Under the pieces are notes generated by a model. The model worked only from the letters and a program-made list of their open reading frames with translations, was not told the DNA's origin and ran no database searches. Shown here in pieces: positions 31,575 to 41,131 of a stretch of DNA of 64,000 bases (its first letter is position 1; each line of letters starts with the position of its first letter). Source of the stretch: Clostridiales bacterium (GTDB lineage Bacteria > Bacillota > Clostridia > Monoglobales > WRBX01); contig JAISIR010000007.1 of assembly GCA_031261985.1 (NCBI GenBank), forward strand, positions 786-64,785, given 5' to 3'. A program made the translations under genes and the position numbers.

Positions 31575-32819
31575 TTACTTCTCGTTCATCTCATCTAATG
31601 CCAGCACGCGGGTATGTTGTGTATGGAACCACTCGTGCTTATTTTTATTGGCTATGCCTATAATAGCGATTGGTACCCATGTTAGCGAGTAGAAAGAGTA
31701 AACGATGAAGCCCCAAACTGTGCGCAGGGTAAACTTCTTCTCGACTATCAACACAAGCGGGCCCCATAAAAATTGCATGACGGCGATGACGTTCCAAATG
31801 CTAGAGGGGATAAAGCCCCAAACGATAAGTGTGGTGGTGGGGTAGGCGACTTGCATCCATGCCATAACCGTGATAACACCCATAACGATGATGCGAAGTG
31901 GCTGCATTAAATACATGGCGCAGTCGAAAGGTTTTATATTTCCTTCGGTAAAAGTCTTTTTCATTAAAGGGGCAAAGAAGCGCGATGCGACATCGGCGTG
32001 GCCTTGCATCCAACGTATACGTTGCTTCCAACTTTGGGCGAAAGTGATAGGTTTTTCGTCGTAAATTTTAGCATCGTTAGCCCACGAAACTTTGATATTA
32101 TTTAACGCAAGCTTCATGGTAAATTCCATATCTTCGGTTAGGCAAGTTGCGCCCCAACCCATTTCTTTTAGTGTATCGGCTTGAACAACAAAGCCGGTGC
32201 CAGAAAGTTGGCAGCCAAGACCAAGATTATACCTAGCCTGCTGGAATAGTTTGTTAACCGTCCAAAAAGCGAGTGAATATGAATACGAAATCCAGGAATC
32301 GTTAGGGTTTTTACTATCTACATAACCTTGAACAGCTTTATGCCCAAGCTGAGTTTGCTTGTTCATCTCGTGTAAAAAGTTAGGGTCTACTAAGTTATCG
32401 GCATCAAAAATTGCCACGTAATCGTACTGACGCTCCATATTAAATAGTTTATCGAACATCCATTCTAGCGCGAAGCCTTTGCCACGTTTATCGGCATTAG
32501 AGCGTTCAAAAACGTTTGCGCCAGCGGTTCGTGCAACATCGGCGGTAGAATCGGTGCAATTATCGGCTATTACGAAGATATCGTAAAACTCGCGCGGGTA
32601 TTTAAGCTTAGTAAGGCTTGTTACCATGTTTTTGATAACAGCTTGCTCGTTATGCGCGGCAACTATTAGTGCAAAGGTATTATGCCCGCCTGGGATATCC
32701 TTTGGCTTACGACGTGGGATAAAGGCGAACAGAGATATGATGAAGTAATATGTACCCAACATTAAAAATAAAATTTGGACTGAATAGTTAATATACAAAA
32801 GCATTGACGGTTCTTGCAT
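31575..32819 (-). CDS. GT2 family processive glycosyltransferase (membrane-bound)
   Basis: IVAAHNE, ADNCTD, FDADN, LTEDME, QRIRW (QxxRW); ATG 32819 after AAAGGAG. Confidence 0.9.
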   Translation of the reverse strand: MQEPSMLLYINYSVQILFLMLGTYYFIISLFAFIPRRKPKDIPGGHNTFALIVAAHNEQAVIKNMVTSLTKLKYPREFYDIFVIADNCTDSTADVARTAGANVFERSNADKRGKGFALEWMFDKLFNMERQYDYVAIFDADNLVDPNFLHEMNKQTQLGHKAVQGYVDSKNPNDSWISYSYSLAFWTVNKLFQQARYNLGLGCQLSGTGFVVQADTLKEMGWGATCLTEDMEFTMKLALNNIKVSWANDAKIYDEKPITFAQSWKQRIRWMQGHADVASRFFAPLMKKTFTEGNIKPFDCAMYLMQPLRIIVMGVITVMAWMQVAYPTTTLIVWGFIPSSIWNVIAVMQFLWGPLVLIVEKKFTLRTVWGFIVYSFYSLTWVPIAIIGIANKNKHEWFHTQHTRVLALDEMNEK

Positions 32820-32891
32820 AATTAGCCGCTCCTTTTGGTAAACGATAGTTATATATAAATTTATGTATTGACATTTTAACTCAACAATAGT

Positions 32892-32955
32892 ATTATATAC
32901 TATATTGAAACAAAATGCAAGCATTTTTTTAAAGTTTTTGTTAAATTTTTGTTAA
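32892..32955 (-). promoter_or_regulatory. TTAACA-N5-TTAACA box plus sigma-A promoter of the glycosyltransferase
   Basis: Minus strand: TTAACA-AAAAT-TTAACA (32955-32939), 18 bp, TTGCAT (32920-32915), 17 bp, TATAAT (32897-32892). Confidence 0.75.
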
Positions 32956-33012
32956 AATTTTTACTAAAACATCCATTTATACATTCTTATTCTATGTAGG
33001 GAAGAAGAAAAT

Positions 33013-34461
33013 ATGAAAAATAATACTAAAGTTAAAACAATTTTTGTGTGTAACGAGTGCGGCAATGAATCGCCTAAATGGGTAGGCAAATGCCCTGCCT
33101 GTGGTGCGTGGAACTCGCTTTTTGAGCAGCGGTTAGAGGTTGATTCTAAGTTTAAAGATACCGGTGTGGCAAAAAATAATGCGCTGACGTTAAGCGAGAT
33201 TAAGCTGGTTGATGATAATCGCTTTACCAGTGGTATTGGCGAGCTAGACCGTGTGCTTGGTGGTGGGATAGTTAGTGGCTCGTTGGTGTTAGTGGGCGGC
33301 GACCCTGGGATAGGGAAATCTACCCTTTTATTGCAAATGTGCCAGACGGTGGCGGGCGAAAAGGTGACAGCTGATGCGGGCGAGGCGGACGGCGGCGTTA
33401 AAAGCGAGGATAAAAGTAGCGCAAAAGGCGGGGCTAAAAACGGGACTAAAAATGGGGCGAAAATTTTGTATGCGTCGGGGGAGGAGAGTCAGAAGCAGAT
33501 TAAGATTCGTGCCGACCGACTGGGGATATCTAACCCTAATTTATTCTTAATTAGTGAAAATAATATTGATACAATTTTTGATGTGGTGCGAGAGATGTCG
33601 CCTAAAATATTGATAATCGACAGTGTTCAGACGGTTTATTGCCCAGAGATAACCTCGGCACCAGGGAGCATTTCGCAGGTTAGGGAAGTTACCATGCAAC
33701 TGATGAAGCTGGCGAAAGACACAGGGATTTGCATCTTTTTAGTAGGGCATGTTACCAAAGAGGGTGCTATTGCAGGGCCGCGCGTGCTAGAGCATATGGT
33801 GGATTGCGTGCTATACTTTGAGGGCGAGAGGCATCAGTTCCATAGAATTTTGCGGGCGGTTAAAAATAGGTTTGGCTCGACCAACGAAATTGGCGTGTTC
33901 GAGATGAGAGATAAAGGGCTAGAAGAGGTGCTTAATCCATCGGAAATGCTACTTAGTGGACGGCCGGAAAACACTGCTGGGAGCTGCGTTTTATGTAGTA
34001 TGGAGGGCAGCAGGCCGCTATTGGCAGAGGTTCAGGCGTTGATTACCAATAGTAGTTTTAATGTGCCGCGGCGGCAGGCATCGGGTGTGGATTATAACCG
34101 AATTAGCATGCTGATGGCGGTGCTAGAGAAGCGAGTTGGCTTAAATTTAAGCGGAAGTGATGCGTATGTTAACGTTATTGGTGGGCTTAAACTAGACGAG
34201 CCAGCGGTGGATTTAGCGGTGGCGTTGGCGATTGCATCTAGTTTTAGGAATATCCCGCTTGGTAAGGATGTTATGGCGATAGGCGAGGTGGGGCTGACGG
34301 GCGAGGTGCGTGCGGTTAGTTTTATAGAGAAGCGTGTGGCAGAGGCAGGGAAGCTTGGGTTTAAGACGTGTGTGATTCCTAAGGGGAGCCTAGATGAAGT
34401 GCCAAAGGGCGTTAATGTGCTAGAGGTTAGAACGGTGCGCGAGGCGATGGGGATAATCTAA
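33013..34461 (+). CDS. radA: DNA repair protein RadA/Sms
   Basis: CNECG...CPACG Zn finger, GDPGIGKST, KNRFG motif, Lon-like C-terminus. Confidence 0.97.
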   Translation: MKNNTKVKTIFVCNECGNESPKWVGKCPACGAWNSLFEQRLEVDSKFKDTGVAKNNALTLSEIKLVDDNRFTSGIGELDRVLGGGIVSGSLVLVGGDPGIGKSTLLLQMCQTVAGEKVTADAGEADGGVKSEDKSSAKGGAKNGTKNGAKILYASGEESQKQIKIRADRLGISNPNLFLISENNIDTIFDVVREMSPKILIIDSVQTVYCPEITSAPGSISQVREVTMQLMKLAKDTGICIFLVGHVTKEGAIAGPRVLEHMVDCVLYFEGERHQFHRILRAVKNRFGSTNEIGVFEMRDKGLEEVLNPSEMLLSGRPENTAGSCVLCSMEGSRPLLAEVQALITNSSFNVPRRQASGVDYNRISMLMAVLEKRVGLNLSGSDAYVNVIGGLKLDEPAVDLAVALAIASSFRNIPLGKDVMAIGEVGLTGEVRAVSFIEKRVAEAGKLGFKTCVIPKGSLDEVPKGVNVLEVRTVREAMGII

Positions 34462-34527
34462 CTTGAATGAACAATGAACAATGAACAGTTAAGGAAATAA
34501 ATTTTTGCTAACGCTCAAATTTATGAG

Positions 34528-34583
34528 TTAACACAAATTTAACATTTAAAAGTATTGCATTTGCAATACTTTTGTGCTATAAT
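34528..34583 (+). promoter_or_regulatory. TTAACA-N5-TTAACA box plus sigma-A promoter
   Basis: TTAACA-CAAAT-TTAACA 34528-34544, 10 bp, TTGCAT 34555, 17 bp, TGnTATAAT 34578. Confidence 0.75.
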
Positions 34584-34616
34584 ATTATAAAATTGATTAT
34601 TTGGGGGAAGTAGTAA

Positions 34617-35027
34617 ATGAGAAAAGAAAATATGAATCATGCTATAAAACTTTTGGAACATGTATCGGGCGATAAATATAACGAGACTCTAAAGAATATT
34701 CAAGATACTATGTACAAATATGGGAATGACCAATGGTGGCTATCGAATGATGTTCAATATAAGGCTTATCGTCAAGCGAACGAAAATATGATGCTTATAA
34801 CGCCTAGGGAATTTGCCGATGGTGTAAACTTGATATTAGACAAAGACTTTACAATGGACGAGATTGCTTGGTTGGCTTCTGATATTAGGGAAGCTGTGAA
34901 TAAGGCTTGGGATAAGAGATTGAAGTCGGTTAAAAAAAGCCTTAAGAATAATAATCGTGTTGCTAGGGATAAGGGCAAAGGGTCGAGGGTATCGCACAAG
35001 GTTGGTGCGCTTAAAAGGCCGAGGTAG
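34617..35027 (+). CDS. Orphan protein with highly basic C-terminal tail
   Basis: 136-aa ORF, GGGGGA RBS; ends KRLKSVKKSLKNNNRVARDKGKGSRVSHKVGALKRPR. Confidence 0.72.
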   Translation: MRKENMNHAIKLLEHVSGDKYNETLKNIQDTMYKYGNDQWWLSNDVQYKAYRQANENMMLITPREFADGVNLILDKDFTMDEIAWLASDIREAVNKAWDKRLKSVKKSLKNNNRVARDKGKGSRVSHKVGALKRPR

Positions 35028-35042
35028 CGGAAACAAATGGGA

Positions 35043-36446
35043 TTATAGCGGCTTAATTTCTATTTGAGGTTGCCCGCCATTATGGCTTGATTTATGTATG
35101 AACGCTGGAACTTGAGGTCTTATATTAATTAGCTCGCCTCTTGTATCATCAATTAGCTTTTTAATGTTATCCGAAGATTGCATTTGTTCTTGCCATTCGG
35201 CTATTTTGGTATTCAAGCCATAAGTTCCATTTACAAAATGGTCTATTTTGTTTGTATTCAATCCTTCTTTTTTAAAAGCTGTCCAAAGCTTGTCAATAAT
35301 TCCTTGATACGCGTCCCCCACACGCTTTATCCACTCGGGCGGCATACCAAGCGAAAGTTGTCTTGTAAAGCGGCTATATTCTGAAATATTTATAGTTCTG
35401 CCTAATTCTTTTTGTATTTTTAACTCAAAATGCCTATGACGAGGGTCTAGTAGTCTTGTTAGAATCTTACTTTCTGGGTCTTGACAGGTATAGTGCGTTT
35501 CACCTTGTTTCTCTGATAAATCAATAAAGCTTAAACCAGCATTTTTATCAAACATAACATTTTCGCCGATTTCATCATAACCAAACGCAATTTTTTTATC
35601 AGATACCAATAGTTTTACACCATGGACAAAACTATCTATCTGCTCTTGCGATAAATTAGCGATTTCTTCTAATCGAGTGGGGTATTTGTTTATATCAGCC
35701 ATATAATGCTCATAAATTTCGTCAATAGTTTTATCGGTTTTTGCAAACGAACCTTGCGAGCAAGTGCCTTCGTGAACAGGAACGCCGACGGCACGCTCTT
35801 GCAACATAAAACCATAAGGCTGGGTTGGGGCGTTGCCACCTTTAAAACAAAAACGGTGGAATTCTGCATCATCTTCTAAAGTGTGGTCTAGTGTTCTTGG
35901 TGTATTTATGCCAGATTCTATTGCATAGTCAAGCTCGGGTTTTAGCGCCATTAATTTTTCTATATCACTTTTTGGAGCATATAACAAAGCGCTGTCATCA
36001 AGAGTAAAGCAGAATTTAGTTGTTCCTCTATGGTCGTACTCTCTGCGATTTTTGGCTTCGGTTATAGCGTTAGATAGTTTTAAATGGCTAATATCTTTTA
36101 TCATTATTCTACTTTTGGGTTCTTGGGGAGTATACCCAAGTTTAGTATAAAAACTAACTAAATCGCCCTCTCCACTTGCAAAAAGACGAATGGATTTACA
36201 ATTATTCTCGGCAGCTTTATTTTCAAATTCTTTCATTAAGGATATAGCGAGTCCTTTTCCGCGTAAATCGGAGCGCACCCATAAATCATCAATAAGTATA
36301 GACCCATCGGTTTGTGGAGTTTCGCCTAAAACATGGCATAATTCTTGCCCAGTTTCTTTTGAAAATAACTGTATATATTCCCAATTGTAATTAACTATTT
36401 CTGCATTAAGCGACAATGCTTTTTGTTGCAAAGATTCGATCTGCAT
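35043..36446 (-). CDS. GNAT acetyltransferase fused to a putative protein-kinase-like domain
   Basis: LWVRSDLRGKGLA...LVSFYTKLGY (GNAT); HRGTTKFCF, GINTP, MLQERAVG, DEIGENVMFD, FIDL (kinase-like); GGAGGTG RBS. Confidence 0.72.
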   Translation of the reverse strand: MQIESLQQKALSLNAEIVNYNWEYIQLFSKETGQELCHVLGETPQTDGSILIDDLWVRSDLRGKGLAISLMKEFENKAAENNCKSIRLFASGEGDLVSFYTKLGYTPQEPKSRIMIKDISHLKLSNAITEAKNRREYDHRGTTKFCFTLDDSALLYAPKSDIEKLMALKPELDYAIESGINTPRTLDHTLEDDAEFHRFCFKGGNAPTQPYGFMLQERAVGVPVHEGTCSQGSFAKTDKTIDEIYEHYMADINKYPTRLEEIANLSQEQIDSFVHGVKLLVSDKKIAFGYDEIGENVMFDKNAGLSFIDLSEKQGETHYTCQDPESKILTRLLDPRHRHFELKIQKELGRTINISEYSRFTRQLSLGMPPEWIKRVGDAYQGIIDKLWTAFKKEGLNTNKIDHFVNGTYGLNTKIAEWQEQMQSSDNIKKLIDDTRGELINIRPQVPAFIHKSSHNGGQPQIEIKPL

Positions 36447-36478
36447 TATACTCCACCTCCTGCATCACTTATATCTTT

Positions 36479-36542
36479 ATTATACTATTATATTTTGTCA
36501 AAGTCAATGGCAATTAAGCGGTTTATGTTAGGTTTGTGTTAA
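36479..36542 (-). promoter_or_regulatory. TTAACA-N5-TTAACA box plus sigma-A promoter (minus strand)
   Basis: Minus strand: TTAACA-CAAAC-CTAACA (36542-36526), 18 bp, TTGACT (36507-36502), 17 bp, TATAAT (36484-36479). Confidence 0.78.
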
Positions 36543-36682
36543 ATCTTGCCTATATCTTTAGAAGCGCAGAAGAATTCAATTTGTCGCAGCGTATTTACAT
36601 TATAAGGGAAAATATTTTAATCTCAGCTCTTGACAAATCCATTTTTTTATGGTAACATATATAGGTACTTAATTTTACATAT

Positions 36683-36759
36683 GGCGGTGTAGCTTAGTCG
36701 GCTAGAGCATTCGGTTCATACCCGAAAGGTCGGTGGTTCGATTCCACTCGCCGCTACCA
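36683..36759 (+). tRNA. tRNA-Met (CAT), elongator type
   Basis: GGCGGTG acceptor, anticodon loop TTCATAC, GTTCGATTC, encoded CCA. Confidence 0.93.
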
Positions 36760-36838
36760 TGATTATTACCATCTATGGATAAACTCTATAGGTGGTATTT
36801 TTATAATTATTATCAGTAGTTTATTGATTTTATAAAAT

Positions 36839-36902
36839 TTAACATAAATTTAACATAACTGTCTATTTTACTATTGCATTTTATCTAAAAGTATGGTATT
36901 AT
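36839..36902 (+). promoter_or_regulatory. TTAACA-N5-TTAACA box plus sigma-A promoter
   Basis: TTAACA-TAAAT-TTAACA 36839-36855, 18 bp, TTGCAT 36874, 17 bp, TGnTATTAT 36897. Confidence 0.78.
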
Positions 36903-36913
36903 TAATATAAGGA

Positions 36914-37528
36914 GTGATACATATGCCAAGTATAACAACGTTATTTAATAATGACACAAAAGACCAAATTGATAAACCGCAAGTAGATACTAATAAAACT
37001 ATGGGGGAGAACCATCCGGATTTTCATAATTTAGTTTCTGTTGCTAAAAGTAAGGAATTTGGTAAGAGTAATGCAGAGTTTTTAGGTGGCACAGCAATAC
37101 AATCGCTTAGCTTGGTAGCCGAGACTTACGCTGCAGTTATATCTAATGTTCCAGCTGCGCTAATGTTTGCCGGTACCTATGCGCTTGGCACGGCTGCAGT
37201 TTTCCATGGAATATACGGTAATAAGCAACTTGAGGATTTTGCAAAAGTTATAGCGAATAATCCTGAGAAGGACGTAAAAATATCGCAAGGTGTTAAGAAT
37301 AAGTTATTAAAATATTCAAAGATAAGTGACCTTAAATATACCGAGAACCCTGTTACGGTGCTTAATTCTATTTTAGTAGTGCCAGATAAAGAGTATAAGG
37401 CACTTGTGAAGGCGACTAAGGCGAAGTTGAAAGCTTCGGTTCGTGGGAAAATTGGCAAGCATGGGAAGAAGGCTGCGGCGCCCACGCCAGAGAGTTTGAT
37501 TGTGAACCCGCCGATGATGAAAGTGTGA
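36914..37528 (+). CDS. Orphan protein with central Ala/Gly-rich hydrophobic hairpin and basic C-terminus (start may be ATG 36923)
   Basis: AAGGAGTG RBS; LGGTAIQSLSLVA...LGTAAVFHGI; KATKAKLKASVRGKIGKHGKK. Confidence 0.72.
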   Translation: MIHMPSITTLFNNDTKDQIDKPQVDTNKTMGENHPDFHNLVSVAKSKEFGKSNAEFLGGTAIQSLSLVAETYAAVISNVPAALMFAGTYALGTAAVFHGIYGNKQLEDFAKVIANNPEKDVKISQGVKNKLLKYSKISDLKYTENPVTVLNSILVVPDKEYKALVKATKAKLKASVRGKIGKHGKKAAAPTPESLIVNPPMMKV

Positions 37529-37617
37529 TTGTGGTAAGCCAGAAGCAATAAGCCAGAAATAAAGGCAAAGGCAAAATCAAAAGCAAAGAAAAATGAAGAA
37601 TGATGAATGATAAATGA

Positions 37618-37755
37618 CGGGTATCATACCCCAGGGCAAGCCCTGGACCCTCGCGCAAAAAGCGCGCGTTCGGTTCCGCGGCAAGCCGCGGGGTATTGAA
37701 CCCGGCTGTCGGTGTAAAAAATGATTTTGTGCAAGCACAATCATTTTTTACACCT
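37618..37755. repeat. Cluster of GC-rich GCAA-loop hairpins
   Basis: ccagggcaagccctgg, ccgcggcaagccgcgg, ggtgtaaaaaatgattttgtgcaagcacaatcattttttacacc. Confidence 0.6.
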
Positions 37756-37781
37756 CGAATAAAAAAATAATCCCTAGGGGA

Positions 37782-39857
37782 TTATTTTTTATTTGTCGGG
37801 CAATCCTTATTCGAGCAAGTTTCGTACTCGCCTGTTTTACCTTTCTTTTTTACCACGGCGGCGCCACAAGTTTTGCATAGCTCGCCCGTTGGCATATCCC
37901 AAGTGACAAAATCGCACTCGGGGTATTTTTCGCATCCATAGAAAATTTTGCCGCGCTTACTTTTGCGTACTAAAATTTTAGCGCCACATTTAGGGCAATC
38001 GACACCTGCTTCTTGAGTTATTGGCTTAGCGTTGCGACACTCGGGGAAGCCAGGGCACGCCAGGAATTTGCCATATCTACCCATTTTATATACCATCATG
38101 CGACCGCATTTATCGCAAGGGATATCGGATACTTCGTCTTGAATCTCTATCTCGCCGATTTCTTCCTCTGCCTTTTTAAGCGAAACCTCGAAAGGTGGGT
38201 AAAAATCGCCTAATACCTGCTGCCATTTAACCTCGCCTGCTTCAACGTTATCGAGTTCTTCTTCTATATTGGCGGTAAAATCGACGTCGACTATTTTATC
38301 GAAATATTGCTCCATAACCTCGGTTACAATGGTGCCAAGCTCGGTTGGGTATAGCACGCGCTTCTCGCGGGTTACGTAGCCGCGTGAGATTATAGTTGCG
38401 ATGGTAGGGGCATAGGTGCTAGGTCTGCCGATGCCAAGCTCTTCCATGGTTTTAATTAGGCTAGCCTCGGTGTAATTACTAGGTGGCGCGGTAAAATGTT
38501 GCTCGGGGTTAAGCGATTTTAATGTTAACTTCTCGCCATCTTTAAGGTTAGGAAGGAATTTTTCGTCCTTTGTTTCGGTATCAGAACTTTCGGTATAAAG
38601 CTTCATAAACCCTTGGAACTTAACGCGTGAGCCATTGGCGCGGAACAGGTAGCTATCGGCTGTTATATCGGCAGAGATGGTGTCTAGAATCGCGCTTTCC
38701 ATCTGTGAGGCAACAAAACGCTCCCAAATTAATTTATATAGGCGGTACGAAGATGAATCTAGGCTATCTTTAACCTCGGCAGGAGTAATATTTACATCGG
38801 TGGGGCGGATGGCTTCGTGCGCGTCCTGCGCCGATTTTTTAGTTTTAAAAACGCGCGGGGTATCGGGCAAAAAGGGTTTGCCATATTTATCGGTAATCAT
38901 GGTTCTAACAGCCGATAACGCTTCGTCGGAGATTCTAAGCGAATCGGTACGCATATAGGTTATAAGACCAAGGTTGCCACGGCCAGGCACGTTAACGCCT
39001 TCGTACAAGCCTTGAGCGAGGGACATGGTGCGTTTAGAGGTGAAGCCTAGCTTGCGAGAGGCATCTTGCTGTAAGGTGCTGGTGGTAAATGGAGGGGCGG
39101 GGTTGCGTTTTTTTTCGCCCACTTTTACTTTAGCAATTGTAAAGGCTGATTTTGCCAGGGAATCGACTATGTTTTGAGTATCTTTTTGGTTATGAAGTTC
39201 GATTTTTTTACCGTCGGACGAGCCGATGAAGTGTGCGACAAAAGGAGCTTTCTCGCTATTTAAAAGGTTGGCGTCGATGCTCCAATATTCCTCGGGGTTA
39301 AACGCGTCAATCTCGCGCTGACGTTGCACAATTAGACGGGTAGCGACCGATTGAACGCGGCCGGCAGACAGGCCTTTTTTGATTTTGCGCCATAGGAGCG
39401 GGCTAATTTGGTAGCCAACAACTCTATCTAGCACGCGGCGGGCTTGCTGGGCATCGACTAAGTCTTTATCAATATCGCGTGAGTTTTGAACAGCATTTTT
39501 AACCGCCGATTTAGTGATTTCGTTAAATGCGATGCGGGTAGTCTTCTCGGGCGGGACGGCTAGAACTTGAGATAAATGCCAGGCGATAGCCTCGCCCTCA
39601 CGGTCGGGGTCAGTTGCGATAAAGACTTTATCGGCAGTTTTGGCTTGCTTTTTAAGCGAGGCTAGCAGGTCGCCTTTGCCACGGATGGTAATGTATTTAG
39701 GCTCGAAATTATGCTCGATATCGACACCTAATTGGCTTTTAGGTAAATCGCGCAGATGACCCATAGATGCGACCACTTTATAGTTAGTGCCTAGGTATTT
39801 ATGGATGGTTTTAGCTTTAGCGGGTGACTCTACAATTACAAGATAAGACTTTGGCAT
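37782..39857 (-). CDS. topA: DNA topoisomerase I
   Basis: LVIVESPAKAKTI, ATDPDREGEAI, SAGRVQS, LITYMRTDS, C-terminal Zn ribbons. Confidence 0.98.
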   Translation of the reverse strand: MPKSYLVIVESPAKAKTIHKYLGTNYKVVASMGHLRDLPKSQLGVDIEHNFEPKYITIRGKGDLLASLKKQAKTADKVFIATDPDREGEAIAWHLSQVLAVPPEKTTRIAFNEITKSAVKNAVQNSRDIDKDLVDAQQARRVLDRVVGYQISPLLWRKIKKGLSAGRVQSVATRLIVQRQREIDAFNPEEYWSIDANLLNSEKAPFVAHFIGSSDGKKIELHNQKDTQNIVDSLAKSAFTIAKVKVGEKKRNPAPPFTTSTLQQDASRKLGFTSKRTMSLAQGLYEGVNVPGRGNLGLITYMRTDSLRISDEALSAVRTMITDKYGKPFLPDTPRVFKTKKSAQDAHEAIRPTDVNITPAEVKDSLDSSSYRLYKLIWERFVASQMESAILDTISADITADSYLFRANGSRVKFQGFMKLYTESSDTETKDEKFLPNLKDGEKLTLKSLNPEQHFTAPPSNYTEASLIKTMEELGIGRPSTYAPTIATIISRGYVTREKRVLYPTELGTIVTEVMEQYFDKIVDVDFTANIEEELDNVEAGEVKWQQVLGDFYPPFEVSLKKAEEEIGEIEIQDEVSDIPCDKCGRMMVYKMGRYGKFLACPGFPECRNAKPITQEAGVDCPKCGAKILVRKSKRGKIFYGCEKYPECDFVTWDMPTGELCKTCGAAVVKKKGKTGEYETCSNKDCPTNKK

Positions 39858-39882
39858 ATTTATGACCTCGTTTGCGCGACTT

Positions 39883-39985
39883 TAAAATTTGCTAAAACGC
39901 AAATTGCATTTGCTATGTTCCAATGTCGCTTCGGCATATATGTATATAGCCTTCAGCTCCATTGAAACATTTTAGCTAAATTTTA
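39883..39985. repeat. ~100-bp palindromic intergenic element, copy 1
   Basis: TAAAATTTGCTAAAACGC...TCCAATGTCG...CTCCATTGAA...TTTAGCTAAATTTTA; second copy 55342-55446. Confidence 0.8.
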
Positions 39986-40024
39986 TAGTGCTTAGTTTTA
40001 TATTTTTGTATTCTTATATTTTGA

Positions 40025-41128
40025 TTACACTATTTTAATATAACTTTTAGAGTTTAGGCGTTTTACTTGGTGCGTAAGCTCTAAAATGGCAAGCTGCGCG
40101 TTAATGGTAGGGATAGGAAGATTAGTGCGCATGGCTAAAGTATCTAAATTAGTAGGCACGCTTGAGTTAAGGTGGGATAGAATGGTTTTTTGGGTAGCGT
40201 TGGTGCTGGTATGTGATGCCCCATGTGCGCCAGATGTGCCGACAGTGGTTGACATAAAGTTTGGCGAGATATTTAAGTGCTTGCAAATATCCTCGGGTGC
40301 GGTGGCGATGATTCCGTTGGTTTTTAGTAGCTCGAAGTTACCGGTTGCGCGGATATTATCTAGGTTAGAGGGGATGGTAAATATCGGCTTATTTTGCTTG
40401 CGCGCGTGGTCGACAGATGTCATTGAACCGCTTTTTATTGTACATTCCATAACTAAAACCGCCTGAGACAGTGCGCTGATGATTCGGTTGCGAGTAGGGA
40501 AGTGGTTAGAAACAGGGGCGGTGTGTGGAGGATACTCGGAAAGGACTATGCCATTATGCGCGATTAGCTTCATAAGAGCTTTATTCTCGGCTGGGTAGGA
40601 AGTATCTAGGCCGTTGCCGACGACCGCAATGGTGTTGCCGTTAACGCTTAAAGCAGAGGAGTGGGCTATAGTGTCGATTCCACGAGCCATTCCACTAACT
40701 ATTGTAAAGCCGCTATTGGCTAAAAATGTTGCGAAACGCTTGGTTTGTTGCTCGGCATAAATAGATGGCGTTCGCGAGCCTATAACCGCAATTGAGTTAG
40801 GGAGTTTTGTTAAATTTTGTACATCTCCTATATAATATAGCAAAAGGGGTGGGTTTGTCAACTGTTTTAATAAATTTGGGTAAAAATTATCGTTGATACA
40901 CATTATTTTTATGTCAAATTTTGCGCAATCGGCAATAATATTATTCTCGGAATCTAGTGATTTATCCATTAAAAGTTTAACCGAAGCGGGCGGGATATTA
41001 TGGTAGGCGAACTTTTCGATATCGGCATTGTAGATATCTTGCGGTGAGTTAAAATGTTTGAGCAACTTTGCACCTTTAACACGCTGAAGCCAAAGGTGGT
41101 AGAGTATGTTTTGTGTAGAATCGGTCAT
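40025..41128 (-). CDS. dprA: DNA-processing protein DprA
   Basis: PPLLLYYIG, IAVIGSR, IVSGMARGID, FPTRNRIISALS; adjacent to topA. Confidence 0.93.
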   Translation of the reverse strand: MTDSTQNILYHLWLQRVKGAKLLKHFNSPQDIYNADIEKFAYHNIPPASVKLLMDKSLDSENNIIADCAKFDIKIMCINDNFYPNLLKQLTNPPLLLYYIGDVQNLTKLPNSIAVIGSRTPSIYAEQQTKRFATFLANSGFTIVSGMARGIDTIAHSSALSVNGNTIAVVGNGLDTSYPAENKALMKLIAHNGIVLSEYPPHTAPVSNHFPTRNRIISALSQAVLVMECTIKSGSMTSVDHARKQNKPIFTIPSNLDNIRATGNFELLKTNGIIATAPEDICKHLNISPNFMSTTVGTSGAHGASHTSTNATQKTILSHLNSSVPTNLDTLAMRTNLPIPTINAQLAILELTHQVKRLNSKSYIKIV

Positions 41129-41131
41129 GTG

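Noticed and set aside
32820-32924. Extended ORF-track starts (glycosyltransferase 32924, porA 21943, gerAB 50492, alpha-CTD protein 20911)
   Set aside because: Extensions overlap promoters or upstream genes; downstream ATGs have proper RBSs or translational coupling
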